Position numbers and translations under genes: made by a program. 64,000 nucleotides of DNA from Gemmatimonadaceae bacterium (GTDB lineage Bacteria > Gemmatimonadota > Gemmatimonadetes > Gemmatimonadales > Gemmatimonadaceae). The stretch is taken from NCBI GenBank assembly GCA_020852815.1, contig JADZAN010000015.1:70840-134839 (forward strand), written 5' to 3'. Positions 54,448 to 63,317 of this stretch are shown here, piece by piece; positions within the stretch are counted from its first letter, which is position 1; the number at the start of each line of letters is the position of its first letter. The notes beneath the pieces were generated by a model, which saw only the letters and a program-made list of their open reading frames with translations, was not told where the DNA came from and did not search any database.

Positions 54448-55316
54448 CGAAACAGCGGAACGCGCTCCAGGAAGCGCTCGTCGCCAATGGCGGCGCAGAA
54501 GGCGGTGAGCGCCGCGCGGTCGGCGCCGCGCCACCGCAGGTCGTCGAGCGACTCAGCGAGCGGGACGTCGGTGCGAAGCGTGGCCAGCGTGCGATAGAGC
54601 CTCGCCTCCGTGCGATGCGTGCGAAGCTGCTCGGCGAGCGCGGCCGCTCCCCTAACCGTCACTCCCCACGCCCCCTCGGCGTCCGGGATGTCGTCCAGGG
54701 TTCGGTAGTGCGCGAGCACGACCGCCGCCGATTTCGCCCCCCACCGCGGAATACCGGGGATGCCGTCGGCGCTGTCGCCCACCAGGGCGAGGAAGTCAGG
54801 GATCGACGATGGCGGGATGCCGAACTTCTCCACGACCCCGGCCTCATCCGTGACCTTGCGCCGGATGCGGTCGAGCGCCACCACGCGCGCACCGTGCACG
54901 CACTGCATGAGGTCCTTGTCGGGGGAGCAGATCACGACCTGCTCCACGCCCGGCGCTTCGCTCCAGCGGGCCGCCGCGGTGGCAATCGCATCATCGGCCT
55001 CGAATTCCACCATGGGCCAGGTGACGAGCCCAAGGGCGCGCGTGGCCGACTCGGCGAGCGGGAACTGCGCCAGCAGCTCGGGTGGGAGCCCCTCTCCCGT
55101 CTTGTAGTCCGGGAAGAGTCGGTTGCGGAACGACTCGATGACGTGGTCGAAGGCCACGCCCACGTGCGTGACCCCGGGCTCCCGGAGGAGGACGAGGAGG
55201 GAGCGCAGGAGGGCGCGCGTGGCGCCGACTTCGCGACCGTCAGGTGCAAGTACCGACGGGGCGCCAAAATGGGCGCGGAACAGTTCGAAGGTGCCGTCGA
55301 CGAGGTGCAGGCGCAT
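54444..55316 (-). CDS. Stand-alone 5'-3' exonuclease / flap endonuclease (Pol I N-terminal-domain-like)
   Basis: ATG 55316 (MRLHLVDGTFELFRAHF). Acidic motifs EADDAIAT and SPDKDLMQ. H3TH region LVGDSADGIPGIPRWGAKSA. The stop overlaps the globin stop (CTAA, 54444-54447). Confidence 0.85.
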   Translation of the reverse strand: MRLHLVDGTFELFRAHFGAPSVLAPDGREVGATRALLRSLLVLLREPGVTHVGVAFDHVIESFRNRLFPDYKTGEGLPPELLAQFPLAESATRALGLVTWPMVEFEADDAIATAAARWSEAPGVEQVVICSPDKDLMQCVHGARVVALDRIRRKVTDEAGVVEKFGIPPSSIPDFLALVGDSADGIPGIPRWGAKSAAVVLAHYRTLDDIPDAEGAWGVTVRGAAALAEQLRTHRTEARLYRTLATLRTDVPLAESLDDLRWRGADRAALTAFCAAIGDERFLERVPLFR

Positions 55317-55588
55317 GCGTGGGCGGGAAACGGAGCGGCTTCCGTCGGTCCCCCCAAGGTAAGCGCAGCCGGAGGGACATTGGCGCCGGGCGTCGGCGCA
55401 CACAAGCGGTCGCAGCAAGACGGTACAAAGATGACGCGCATCCACGCGCGCCGATACCCAACGGTCAGACCAGAGACCGGACGCGGAGTGCACCTGTTGC
55501 GAATGCCCGGACGTCTGCAAGTTCTGGCCGTGCCCGGATGTGTCGCGCTGTGTCCTGTTTCGAATCACCAGACACCGTGGGGGACGTA

Positions 55589-58366
55589 ATGCGAGGAACG
55601 CTCATTCGCGTAGCGGGGACCGTGGGAGCAATGCTGTTGGTCGCCGCCGCGTCATCGACGCCGGTTGCCGCACAGACAGGAACGATCCAGGGCAGGGTCA
55701 CCGATAGCACCGGTGCGGTGATCGTCGGCGCGATGTTCACGGTCGATGGCAGCGGGGCCCGCGGCACATCAACGGCCCGCGGCCGCTACGCGTTAGGCGG
55801 CGTCCCCGCCGGTCGGCGCACCATGCGCGTGCGCGCGCTCGGCTTCTCTCCCGAGTCCATCGCCGTCAACGTCGCCGCCTCGCAGGTCACCGAGATCGAC
55901 GTCATCCTCACCCGCTCGGCGTACCAGCTTGCGCCGGTCCAGACACTCGTCGGCTCGCGCGCCAAGCACACCGCCGCCGAGGAGCTGGCCGTGCCGGTCG
56001 ACGTCTACACGGTGGAGGAACTCAAGCGCACCGGCTCCACCGAGACGACGCAGATCCTCGCCAACCTGTCGCCCTCGGTGAACTTCCCCACGCAACCGGT
56101 GACAGATGCCACCGAAGTGGTGCGCCCCTTCACGCTGCGTGGCCTCTCGCCCGACCATTCGCTGGTGATGATCAACGGGATGCGCCGCCACCAGACGGCG
56201 CTCCTCAACGTCTTCTCCAACGGTTCCGCGCCGGGCTCGAGCGGCGTCGACCTCAATGCCTTCCCGTCCAGCGCCATCGAGCGTATCGAGGTGCTGCGCG
56301 ACGGCGCCTCGACGCAGTACGGTTCCGACGCCATCGCCGGCGTCGTCAACCTCGTCCTCAGGGAAGGGCAGTTCTCCCCCTTCATCAACACGTCGTTCGG
56401 GCAGAACCGCCCCGGCGATCCCTATCCCAACGACGGTTTCACCTCCGACGTGAACGGCGGTGTGGGTTTCAAGCTGGGACGTGGTTCGCTGTCGCTCTTT
56501 GGGCAGTACATGAAGCGCGACAAGGCCAACCGCGCCTGCCCCGATGGGTCGTTCCCCGACCTCAACGGGAACAGCGACCTGGTGCAGGACTGTCGCGTGG
56601 TGCAGAAGCGCGCCGCCGTGGCCCAGCCTAACGTGAACTGGGGGCTCGGCCTCGAGCGCGACATCCACACCTTCGCCAACCTGCGCCTCCCGCTCAACGC
56701 CAGCGGCACCACCGAGTTCTACGCCTTTGGCGGCATCTCCGATCGCGACGGCACGGGCAACGGCTTCTTCCGAAAACCGCAAAACGGGCGCAACTGGCCC
56801 GAGATCTATCCCATGGGCTTCCTCCCCGAGTTCCGCCCCGCCGTGACCGACTACTCGGCGGCCGCCGGCGTTCGCGGCGCACTCGGTGGTTGGGCCACCG
56901 ACCTCGGGATGAACTACGGCTACAACGGCTTCGACTTCAACCTGCGCAACACGCTCAACTCCTCGCTCGGCCCATCGCTCTCCACTGCGACGGCGCCTGG
57001 CAAGGATGGACGACTCGGCACCGCCGACGATCCGGGGATCCCGAACCAGACGTCGTTCTACGCCGGCGCGTTGCGACGCGGCGAGTTCAACACCAACCTC
57101 AGCCTCTCCAAGTCGATCGAGATGGGGTTCCCCAACCCGGTCAACGTCGCGATCGGAGGGGCGTTCCGCTCGGAGAGCTATGAAGTCGTGGCCGGTGAGA
57201 CAGCCTCGTGGATCAACGGCTATCACCTCACGAGCGACTCATCGGACATCGCCCAGGCCGGCTCGTCGGTCTTTCAGGGCTTCGGGCCGAGCGATGCGAG
57301 CAAGAACAGCCGCAACAACGTGGGGCTGTACGCCGACCTCGAAACGAACCTGACGCGGAACGTCCTCGTCAACGCCGCCGGCCGTTACGAGAACTACAGC
57401 GACTTCGGATCCAAGGCGACGGGGAAGTTTGCGCTGCGCTACCAGCCGCGAAAGGAATTCGTCTGGCGCGCCGCCGCCAGCACCGGCTTCCGCGCGCCGG
57501 GGCTCGCGCAGAGCTGGTACTCGCACACCACGACCGCCATCCAGAACGGCGTCCTCATCGAGATCGGCAACTTCCCGGTGACAAACAAGGCGTCGCGTGT
57601 CTTCGGCGCCAAGCCGCTCACACCCGAGACGTCGATCAACCTCAGTACCGGCATCGCGTGGTCGCCGACCAACGCCTTCAACGTCACCGTCGACCTGTAC
57701 CACATCAGCATTGCCGACCGCATCCTCCTGGGCGCCACGTACGACGGCACCTCGGATCCCGTCGTGGCCAGGATCCTTGCCGACTCCGGCCTGACGACGA
57801 TTGCCGGCGTGCAGTTCCCGACCAACGCACTCGACACCAAGACCGACGGCGTGGACGTGGCGGCGAACTATCGCACGGTGGTCGGGAGCGGGACGCTCGA
57901 CTTCGCGCTCTCCTTCAACTTCACGAAGAACAAGGTCACGCGCATCGATCCGCTCCCGAAGATCCTGCAGGGGACCAACACGATCTACACCGACGCACTC
58001 GACCCGGTCACCGTCAACTCGATCGAGAAGGCGCGCCCTGATCGTCGTTCGTCGTTCACCACGAACTACAACCTCGGGCGCTTCCATGCGATGGGGCGCG
58101 TGCAGGACTACGGCAAGTTCGTGGACGGGAGCCTGGATGGCCTCGAGACCTTCGGCGCCAAGCAGCTCTTCGACGCGGAGATCGGCTACCGCTACGACGC
58201 CATCAACGTCTCTGTCGGGTCGCGCAACATCTTCAACACCTTCCCCGACCAGGTGAAGGTGGAGGCGAACACGAACAACGGGACGTTCATCTATCCCGCT
58301 GCGTCTCCCTTCGGCTTCAACGGGCGCTTCATCTACGTGCGCACCGAGATCCTGCTCACGCGGTAG
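55589..58366 (+). CDS. TonB-dependent receptor with N-terminal CarboxypepD_reg domain
   Basis: ATG 55589 and a signal peptide. GTIQGRVTDSTGAVIVGA..GRYALGGVPAG is the carboxypeptidase-regulatory-like part. The plug has VDVYTVEELKRTGSTETTQILANLSPSV..RGLSPDHSLVMINGMRR. A long beta-barrel follows. Confidence 0.9.
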   Translation: MRGTLIRVAGTVGAMLLVAAASSTPVAAQTGTIQGRVTDSTGAVIVGAMFTVDGSGARGTSTARGRYALGGVPAGRRTMRVRALGFSPESIAVNVAASQVTEIDVILTRSAYQLAPVQTLVGSRAKHTAAEELAVPVDVYTVEELKRTGSTETTQILANLSPSVNFPTQPVTDATEVVRPFTLRGLSPDHSLVMINGMRRHQTALLNVFSNGSAPGSSGVDLNAFPSSAIERIEVLRDGASTQYGSDAIAGVVNLVLREGQFSPFINTSFGQNRPGDPYPNDGFTSDVNGGVGFKLGRGSLSLFGQYMKRDKANRACPDGSFPDLNGNSDLVQDCRVVQKRAAVAQPNVNWGLGLERDIHTFANLRLPLNASGTTEFYAFGGISDRDGTGNGFFRKPQNGRNWPEIYPMGFLPEFRPAVTDYSAAAGVRGALGGWATDLGMNYGYNGFDFNLRNTLNSSLGPSLSTATAPGKDGRLGTADDPGIPNQTSFYAGALRRGEFNTNLSLSKSIEMGFPNPVNVAIGGAFRSESYEVVAGETASWINGYHLTSDSSDIAQAGSSVFQGFGPSDASKNSRNNVGLYADLETNLTRNVLVNAAGRYENYSDFGSKATGKFALRYQPRKEFVWRAAASTGFRAPGLAQSWYSHTTTAIQNGVLIEIGNFPVTNKASRVFGAKPLTPETSINLSTGIAWSPTNAFNVTVDLYHISIADRILLGATYDGTSDPVVARILADSGLTTIAGVQFPTNALDTKTDGVDVAANYRTVVGSGTLDFALSFNFTKNKVTRIDPLPKILQGTNTIYTDALDPVTVNSIEKARPDRRSSFTTNYNLGRFHAMGRVQDYGKFVDGSLDGLETFGAKQLFDAEIGYRYDAINVSVGSRNIFNTFPDQVKVEANTNNGTFIYPAASPFGFNGRFIYVRTEILLTR

Positions 58367-58384
58367 CTTTTTTCGCTGCTGTTC

Positions 58385-58417
58385 ACGCGGGGTCCGGGAT
58401 CGTTCCGGACCCCGCGT
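58385..58417. terminator. 13-bp hairpin downstream of the TonB receptor gene
   Basis: ACGCGGGGTCCGG (58385-58397) pairs with CCGGACCCCGCGT (58405-58417), with a 7-nt loop. A T6 run (58368-58373) precedes the stem rather than following it. Confidence 0.4.
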
Positions 58418-58446
58418 CGTATCGCCCCTCGCGCCCGCCCGGCCCC

Positions 58447-59808
58447 GTGGTTCCTTCCTCGCCAGCCGCAACCTCCGCACCGGCCGCCACGCCCGACGAC
58501 TCGCTGCGCCACTTCGGCGTAGGGGCCGCCACCGCCGTGATGGTGGGGAACATGATCGGGACCGGCGTCTTCACCGCGCTTGGCTTCCAGGCGCAGGCCC
58601 TGCACACCGGGGCAGCGCTGCTCGCGCTGTGGGCCGTGGGCGGGATCATCGCGCTGTGCGGAGCGCTCGCCTACGCCGAGTTGGGGACCATGTACCCGCA
58701 CTGCGGCGGGGAGTACGTCTACCTCGCGCGCGCGTGGCACCCCATGGCCGGCTTCCTGGGCGGGTGGACGTCGATGACGGTTGGCTTTGCCGCTCCCATC
58801 GCGCTGGCCGGGATCGCCTTCGGGCGCTACCTGTCGGCGATCGTCGCCGTCCCGCCGCTCGTGGCCTCGCTGGTAGTGCTGGGCGTCGTGGCGTTCGTGC
58901 ACCTGGCGGGGTTGCACGCCGCCAAGCGCTTCCAGGTCCTGATCACCGTGGTGCAGCTCGTCCTCATCGGCGCATTCATCACCGCGGGATTGCGGCACCA
59001 ACCGGCGGCGCCGCTCGCCATGGGGCACGAGGGGGCGGCAGTGCGCGAGATGCTCTCGGCGCCCTTCGCCGTCTCGCTCGTGTACGTCTCGTATGCTTTC
59101 ACCGGATGGAACGCCGCCGGCTATATCGCCGGGGAGATCTACACGCCGCAGCGCTCCATTCCGCGTGCCGTCGTCCTCGCGACGGCGATCGTCACCGTGC
59201 TGTATCTCCTCCTCAACTGGTCGTTCCTCCGCACCGTCCCCCTCGCCGACGTCGCAGGCAAGGTCGAGGTCGGGGCGCTCTCGGCGCACGCGATGTTCGG
59301 GCGCACGGGGACCGTCGTGATGAGCGCCATCATCGCCACGGTGCTCATCGCGACCATCAGTGCCCTGGTGCTTGGCGGGTCGCGCGTGACGTACGCCGTC
59401 ATGGCCGACCTCCCCCGCTGGCGATGGTTGGGGAAACGCGCGGCCAACGGCGTTCCGCGCAACGCCATCCTCCTGCAGGTCGTGCTGATCCTCGTCCTGC
59501 TCCTCACCAACTCGTTCGAGCAAGTGATGCTGTACGCGGGGTTCACGCTCAACCTCTCCACGTTGCTCACCATCCTGGGCATGCTGCGGCTCCGCGTCAC
59601 GCAGCCGCAGGCGCCGCGCCCATATCGGGCGTGGGGTTTCCCCGTCACGACCTTTGTCTACATCGCGCTCTCGCTGTGGACGCTCGGGACGCTGTTGCGC
59701 GAGCGCCCGCTGGAGTCGATCAGCGGGTTGGGGACGCTGGTGATCGGGATCGGGGTGTGGTGGGTGGCGCATCGGCCGGTGGCGACAACCGGTGTCGGCG
59801 CACGTTAG
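58447..59808 (+). CDS. APC-superfamily amino-acid permease
   Basis: GTG start at 58447. About 12 TM segments. GVGAATAVMVGNMIGTGVFTALGFQ is typical of the APC N-terminus. Confidence 0.85.
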   Translation: MVPSSPAATSAPAATPDDSLRHFGVGAATAVMVGNMIGTGVFTALGFQAQALHTGAALLALWAVGGIIALCGALAYAELGTMYPHCGGEYVYLARAWHPMAGFLGGWTSMTVGFAAPIALAGIAFGRYLSAIVAVPPLVASLVVLGVVAFVHLAGLHAAKRFQVLITVVQLVLIGAFITAGLRHQPAAPLAMGHEGAAVREMLSAPFAVSLVYVSYAFTGWNAAGYIAGEIYTPQRSIPRAVVLATAIVTVLYLLLNWSFLRTVPLADVAGKVEVGALSAHAMFGRTGTVVMSAIIATVLIATISALVLGGSRVTYAVMADLPRWRWLGKRAANGVPRNAILLQVVLILVLLLTNSFEQVMLYAGFTLNLSTLLTILGMLRLRVTQPQAPRPYRAWGFPVTTFVYIALSLWTLGTLLRERPLESISGLGTLVIGIGVWWVAHRPVATTGVGAR

Positions 59809-60078
59809 GCGCCTCCCATGCACTGGGCGCCGTCGGGGCTCGCCCCTCGCTCGACGACACGCCCCAGTCGAGTCGTCACTACCAGGAAAGGTGCGCTGCG
59901 CGTGCAGCCTTTCGCGCGGTCACGCAGCGATGAAAGCGGAGAACATCGCGCAAACTGAAGGGATATCGCCGATGCGTATACGAGCCGCACGGCGCAGTGT
60001 ATGATGTCCCGCGCGTGACGACCGTGTGGTTCGTCCCGGGACCTTCAAGGCCGAGTGTTTCTCGGCAGGGAGGGCGAC

Positions 60079-61239
60079 ATGCGCCCATTACGATTCTTGT
60101 TCCTGACGATGGCGGTCGCGACCGCCTGTAGCGACCCGGTCACCAGTACGTCGAGCGCGATACTCACCGAATCGGGAGTCGCCTCCGCGACGTCGGCCGC
60201 CGATCGCGACGCGCCACACTACACCCCCCAACTACTTCCGCAGCTCCGGGGCGCACGATGGTCTGCGGCGTTCGCCATCAACGCGGCGGGCGTGGCGGCG
60301 GGGGTGTCATCCATTCCAGTCGAGGTACGCTTTCCCGGGCAGGGCGGAGCATTCGCCTGCCAGGTCACGGTCGCGACGATCTTTCGCGCCTACGACGCCC
60401 AATCGCTGCACACCGATTTGCAGCAGGCGATGGGCGTCTGGTCTCCGTGCGAGCTCTCGAGCATCGCCATGGACATCAACGACCGCGATGAAGTCGTCGG
60501 TGTTGCGTGGCAGCCCGGTGTTTGGGGGAGCGACCGCGGCTTCCTGTGGAAGAAGGCGTCTGGCGTGAAGCTCCATCACGCCGTTGGCCCGACGATCATT
60601 TCCGCGCTCAACAATGGTGGCGTGACCGTCGGCTACTTTGACCGCGACGGCTCCAACGTTCCCGACCTGACCTACTGGTGGCCCAACGGCGGCGGCACGC
60701 CTCCCACGCTCCCCTTCCGGCGCGTGATGTGGGGATGGGACATCAACAACGACGGCGTGACCTCGGGGTGCTGGAACTATTTCGCGTTCAAGCTCGACCT
60801 CACTGGACGCTTCACGACGAATGAGGAGCATTGCACCGCCGCGCGCGGGCTGCTGACGCTGTACGATGGTCGCGTCCCGAAGTCCGGCGGCATCAATGGA
60901 GCGGGCGTGGCGGTGTACACCAATGCCACGCCGGCGCCCGTGATGTGGGGCGCCGGGACCGGCAAGGGAGTGCCCGTGGGGTGGAGCCCCGGAGCAGCAA
61001 CGGGCATCAGTGACCGGAATCGCGTCGTCGGGTGGCGCATCGCGCAGGCGGCGCCGTTGCATCTGGCGATGACGCGCTCGGCCGGCGGTCGCATCCTCAC
61101 GCTCCCCGGCATCCCCGCAACCGCATCCACCGAGGCGTATGCCGTCAATCGGTGCGGCCACGTGGTGGGCGCGACGTTCGACGACAGCAACCTCGCACAC
61201 GCAATCCTCTGGAAGCAGTCGCGCTGCGACGTGCCGTAA
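60079..61239 (+). CDS. Lipoprotein with HAF-like xINxxGxVVG repeats (probable beta-propeller)
   Basis: GGGAGGG lies before ATG 60079. Lipobox MAVATAC. Seven repeats: AINAAGVAAGV, DINDRDEVVGV, ALNNGGVTVGY, DINNDGVTSG, GINGAGVAVY, ISDRNRVVGW, AVNRCGHVVGA. Confidence 0.65.
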   Translation: MRPLRFLFLTMAVATACSDPVTSTSSAILTESGVASATSAADRDAPHYTPQLLPQLRGARWSAAFAINAAGVAAGVSSIPVEVRFPGQGGAFACQVTVATIFRAYDAQSLHTDLQQAMGVWSPCELSSIAMDINDRDEVVGVAWQPGVWGSDRGFLWKKASGVKLHHAVGPTIISALNNGGVTVGYFDRDGSNVPDLTYWWPNGGGTPPTLPFRRVMWGWDINNDGVTSGCWNYFAFKLDLTGRFTTNEEHCTAARGLLTLYDGRVPKSGGINGAGVAVYTNATPAPVMWGAGTGKGVPVGWSPGAATGISDRNRVVGWRIAQAAPLHLAMTRSAGGRILTLPGIPATASTEAYAVNRCGHVVGATFDDSNLAHAILWKQSRCDVP

Positions 61240-61362
61240 GTTCCGCGCCGCCTCGCGGCGGTCTCCCGTCAGGGTACACTGCGCGTGCCGTGTCCTCCTC
61301 GGTGACGCATCACCTGATCACCGAACGACCAGCACGCGCACGTCGTGCGCGGGAGACAAACC

Positions 61363-63183
61363 GTGAATTGCACCGTGCTGCACACCTTGAAGTACTCGGC
61401 CGTCCTGGCGGCCGTGGCGCTGGCCGCCGCCTGCGGCGGCTCCGACGCCGTTACCGGGTCCGATGACGACTCCAGCGGTACCAACAACTCCTCGTCGTCG
61501 GTCGCCGTGTCGGCGCTCTCCTGCAGCGAGAGCGGCGTCAATGCCAACCCGTTCACCGTCGCCAGGGCGCTCGCCTCGTATGCGGGGCATCACGAGCTTG
61601 CGTCTGACTACACATGGAATAGCGCCGACGAAGCCACCATCACGCTGAATGGCACCAGCGCCACCACGAACAGCACCGCCGTCACCATCAGTGGCACCAC
61701 CGTGACGGTGAAGGCGCAAGGGACATATCGCGTGAGCGGGACGCTCGCCGACGGACAACTCCTCGTCACCTCGAAGGACACCGGCGTCGTGCGCCTCATC
61801 CTCGACGGCGCCGCGATCAGCAACAGTGGCGATGCCCCGCTCTTCGTCACCAAGGCCGCCAAGGCCGTCATCATCCTCGCCGACAACAGCGTGAACACGC
61901 TCACCGACGGCACCACCTACCCGGCCAATGCGGACCAGAACGCCGCGCTCTTCAGCAAGGCCAACCTCTCCATTGGCGGGAATGGCGCCCTCGTCGTGAA
62001 TGCGCGCTTCAACGACGGGATCACCGGCAAGGACGGCCTCGTCATCAACAGCGGGAAGATCACCGTCACGTCGGTCGACGATGCCGTTCGCGGCAAGGAC
62101 TATCTCATCGTGCGCAATGGAACGTTCACCCTCACCGCCGGCGGCGATGGCCTCAAGTCGGATCAAGAGGACGACGCCACGCTCGGCTACGTTCTCGTCA
62201 ACAACGGCACCTTCGGCGTTACCTCGACGGGCGACGGCATCCAGGCGCAGACGGCCGCGCTCGTGACCGGCGGCACCTTCACCTTCAAGAACGGCGGCGG
62301 CAGCAACGTCGTCATCGCCGACTCGCTCTCCGCCAAGGGCGTGAAGGGCGACTCGCTCGTCGTGATCGATGGCGGAACGATCACGATTGATGCAGCTGAC
62401 GATGGCTTGCACACCAACAGGTCGATGGTGGTGAACGGTGGGTCGGTCACCATTGCCACGGGCGACGATGGCGTGCACGCCGACCTCGACCTCACCATCA
62501 ACGGCGGCAACATCAACGTCACCAGGAGCTACGAAGGCGTGGAGAACTCGCTCGCCGACATGGTGATCAACGGCGGGACCATTCGTGTGGTGTCGAGTGA
62601 CGATGGCGTGAACCTAGCCGGCGCCGGCGACACGCAGCCCGGCGGTGTGGGCGGCGGAGCGAGCGCTTACACGCTGCGCATCAACGGCGGCCGCATCACC
62701 GTCTTTGCCAGCGGCGACGGGATCGACGCCAACGGTTCGATTGTCATGAGCGGCGGCTGCGCCATCGTGCACGGCCCAACGAGCAACAACAACGCCCCCG
62801 TGGATTACGACGGCTCCTTCCAGATGACCGGTGGCTTCCTGGTCGCCGCCGGCAGCTCGGGAATGGCGCAGGCCCCGGGCACGTCGTCGACGCAGGCCGC
62901 AGTGCTCCTCACCCTCGGCACCACACGCGCCGCCGGAACGGTGGTGCACATCCAGTCGTCGACGGGTGAGTCGGTGCTCGACTTCGCGCCGAGCAAGGCA
63001 TTCCAGTCGATCGCACTCTCCACCCCCAAGCTCGCGACGGGGAAGAGCTACTCGCTCTACTTCGGCGGCACCGAGTCGGGGACGGCAACCGACGGCAGCT
63101 ATGAGAGCGGGACCTACACGCCGCCCAGCTCGACGGCCAGCACCTTCACCCTTTCATCGATCGTGAGCCGGCTCACCTTCTGA
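61363..63183 (+). CDS. Secreted lipoprotein, right-handed beta-helix, Cthe_2159-like carbohydrate-binding family
   Basis: GTG 61363 is preceded by GGGAGA (ORF-track start 61345). Lipobox LAAAC. Periodic DG(I/L/V)xx repeats: DGITGKDG, DDAVRGKD, GDGLKS, GDGIQA, DDGLHT, DDGVHAD, GDGIDANGSIVMSGG. Confidence 0.65.
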   Translation: MNCTVLHTLKYSAVLAAVALAAACGGSDAVTGSDDDSSGTNNSSSSVAVSALSCSESGVNANPFTVARALASYAGHHELASDYTWNSADEATITLNGTSATTNSTAVTISGTTVTVKAQGTYRVSGTLADGQLLVTSKDTGVVRLILDGAAISNSGDAPLFVTKAAKAVIILADNSVNTLTDGTTYPANADQNAALFSKANLSIGGNGALVVNARFNDGITGKDGLVINSGKITVTSVDDAVRGKDYLIVRNGTFTLTAGGDGLKSDQEDDATLGYVLVNNGTFGVTSTGDGIQAQTAALVTGGTFTFKNGGGSNVVIADSLSAKGVKGDSLVVIDGGTITIDAADDGLHTNRSMVVNGGSVTIATGDDGVHADLDLTINGGNINVTRSYEGVENSLADMVINGGTIRVVSSDDGVNLAGAGDTQPGGVGGGASAYTLRINGGRITVFASGDGIDANGSIVMSGGCAIVHGPTSNNNAPVDYDGSFQMTGGFLVAAGSSGMAQAPGTSSTQAAVLLTLGTTRAAGTVVHIQSSTGESVLDFAPSKAFQSIALSTPKLATGKSYSLYFGGTESGTATDGSYESGTYTPPSSTASTFTLSSIVSRLTF

Positions 63184-63226
63184 TGCCCGCGCGCTGAGCT
63201 GTCGGGCAATCGCGAGTGGCGCACCG

Positions 63227-63265
63227 CGCCAGCACGCCGCACATTCGAAGCGGCGATTGCTGGCG
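63227..63265. terminator. Imperfect 14-bp hairpin in the intergenic region
   Basis: CGCCAGCACGCCGC (63227-63240) pairs with GCGGCG-AT-TGCTGGCG (63250-63265), with a 9-nt loop. There is no U-tract. Confidence 0.3.
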
Positions 63266-63317
63266 CAGTGTCGTTCGTGGCCCAGCGATCCAACTCGCAA
63301 CCAACAGGAGAGTCCCG

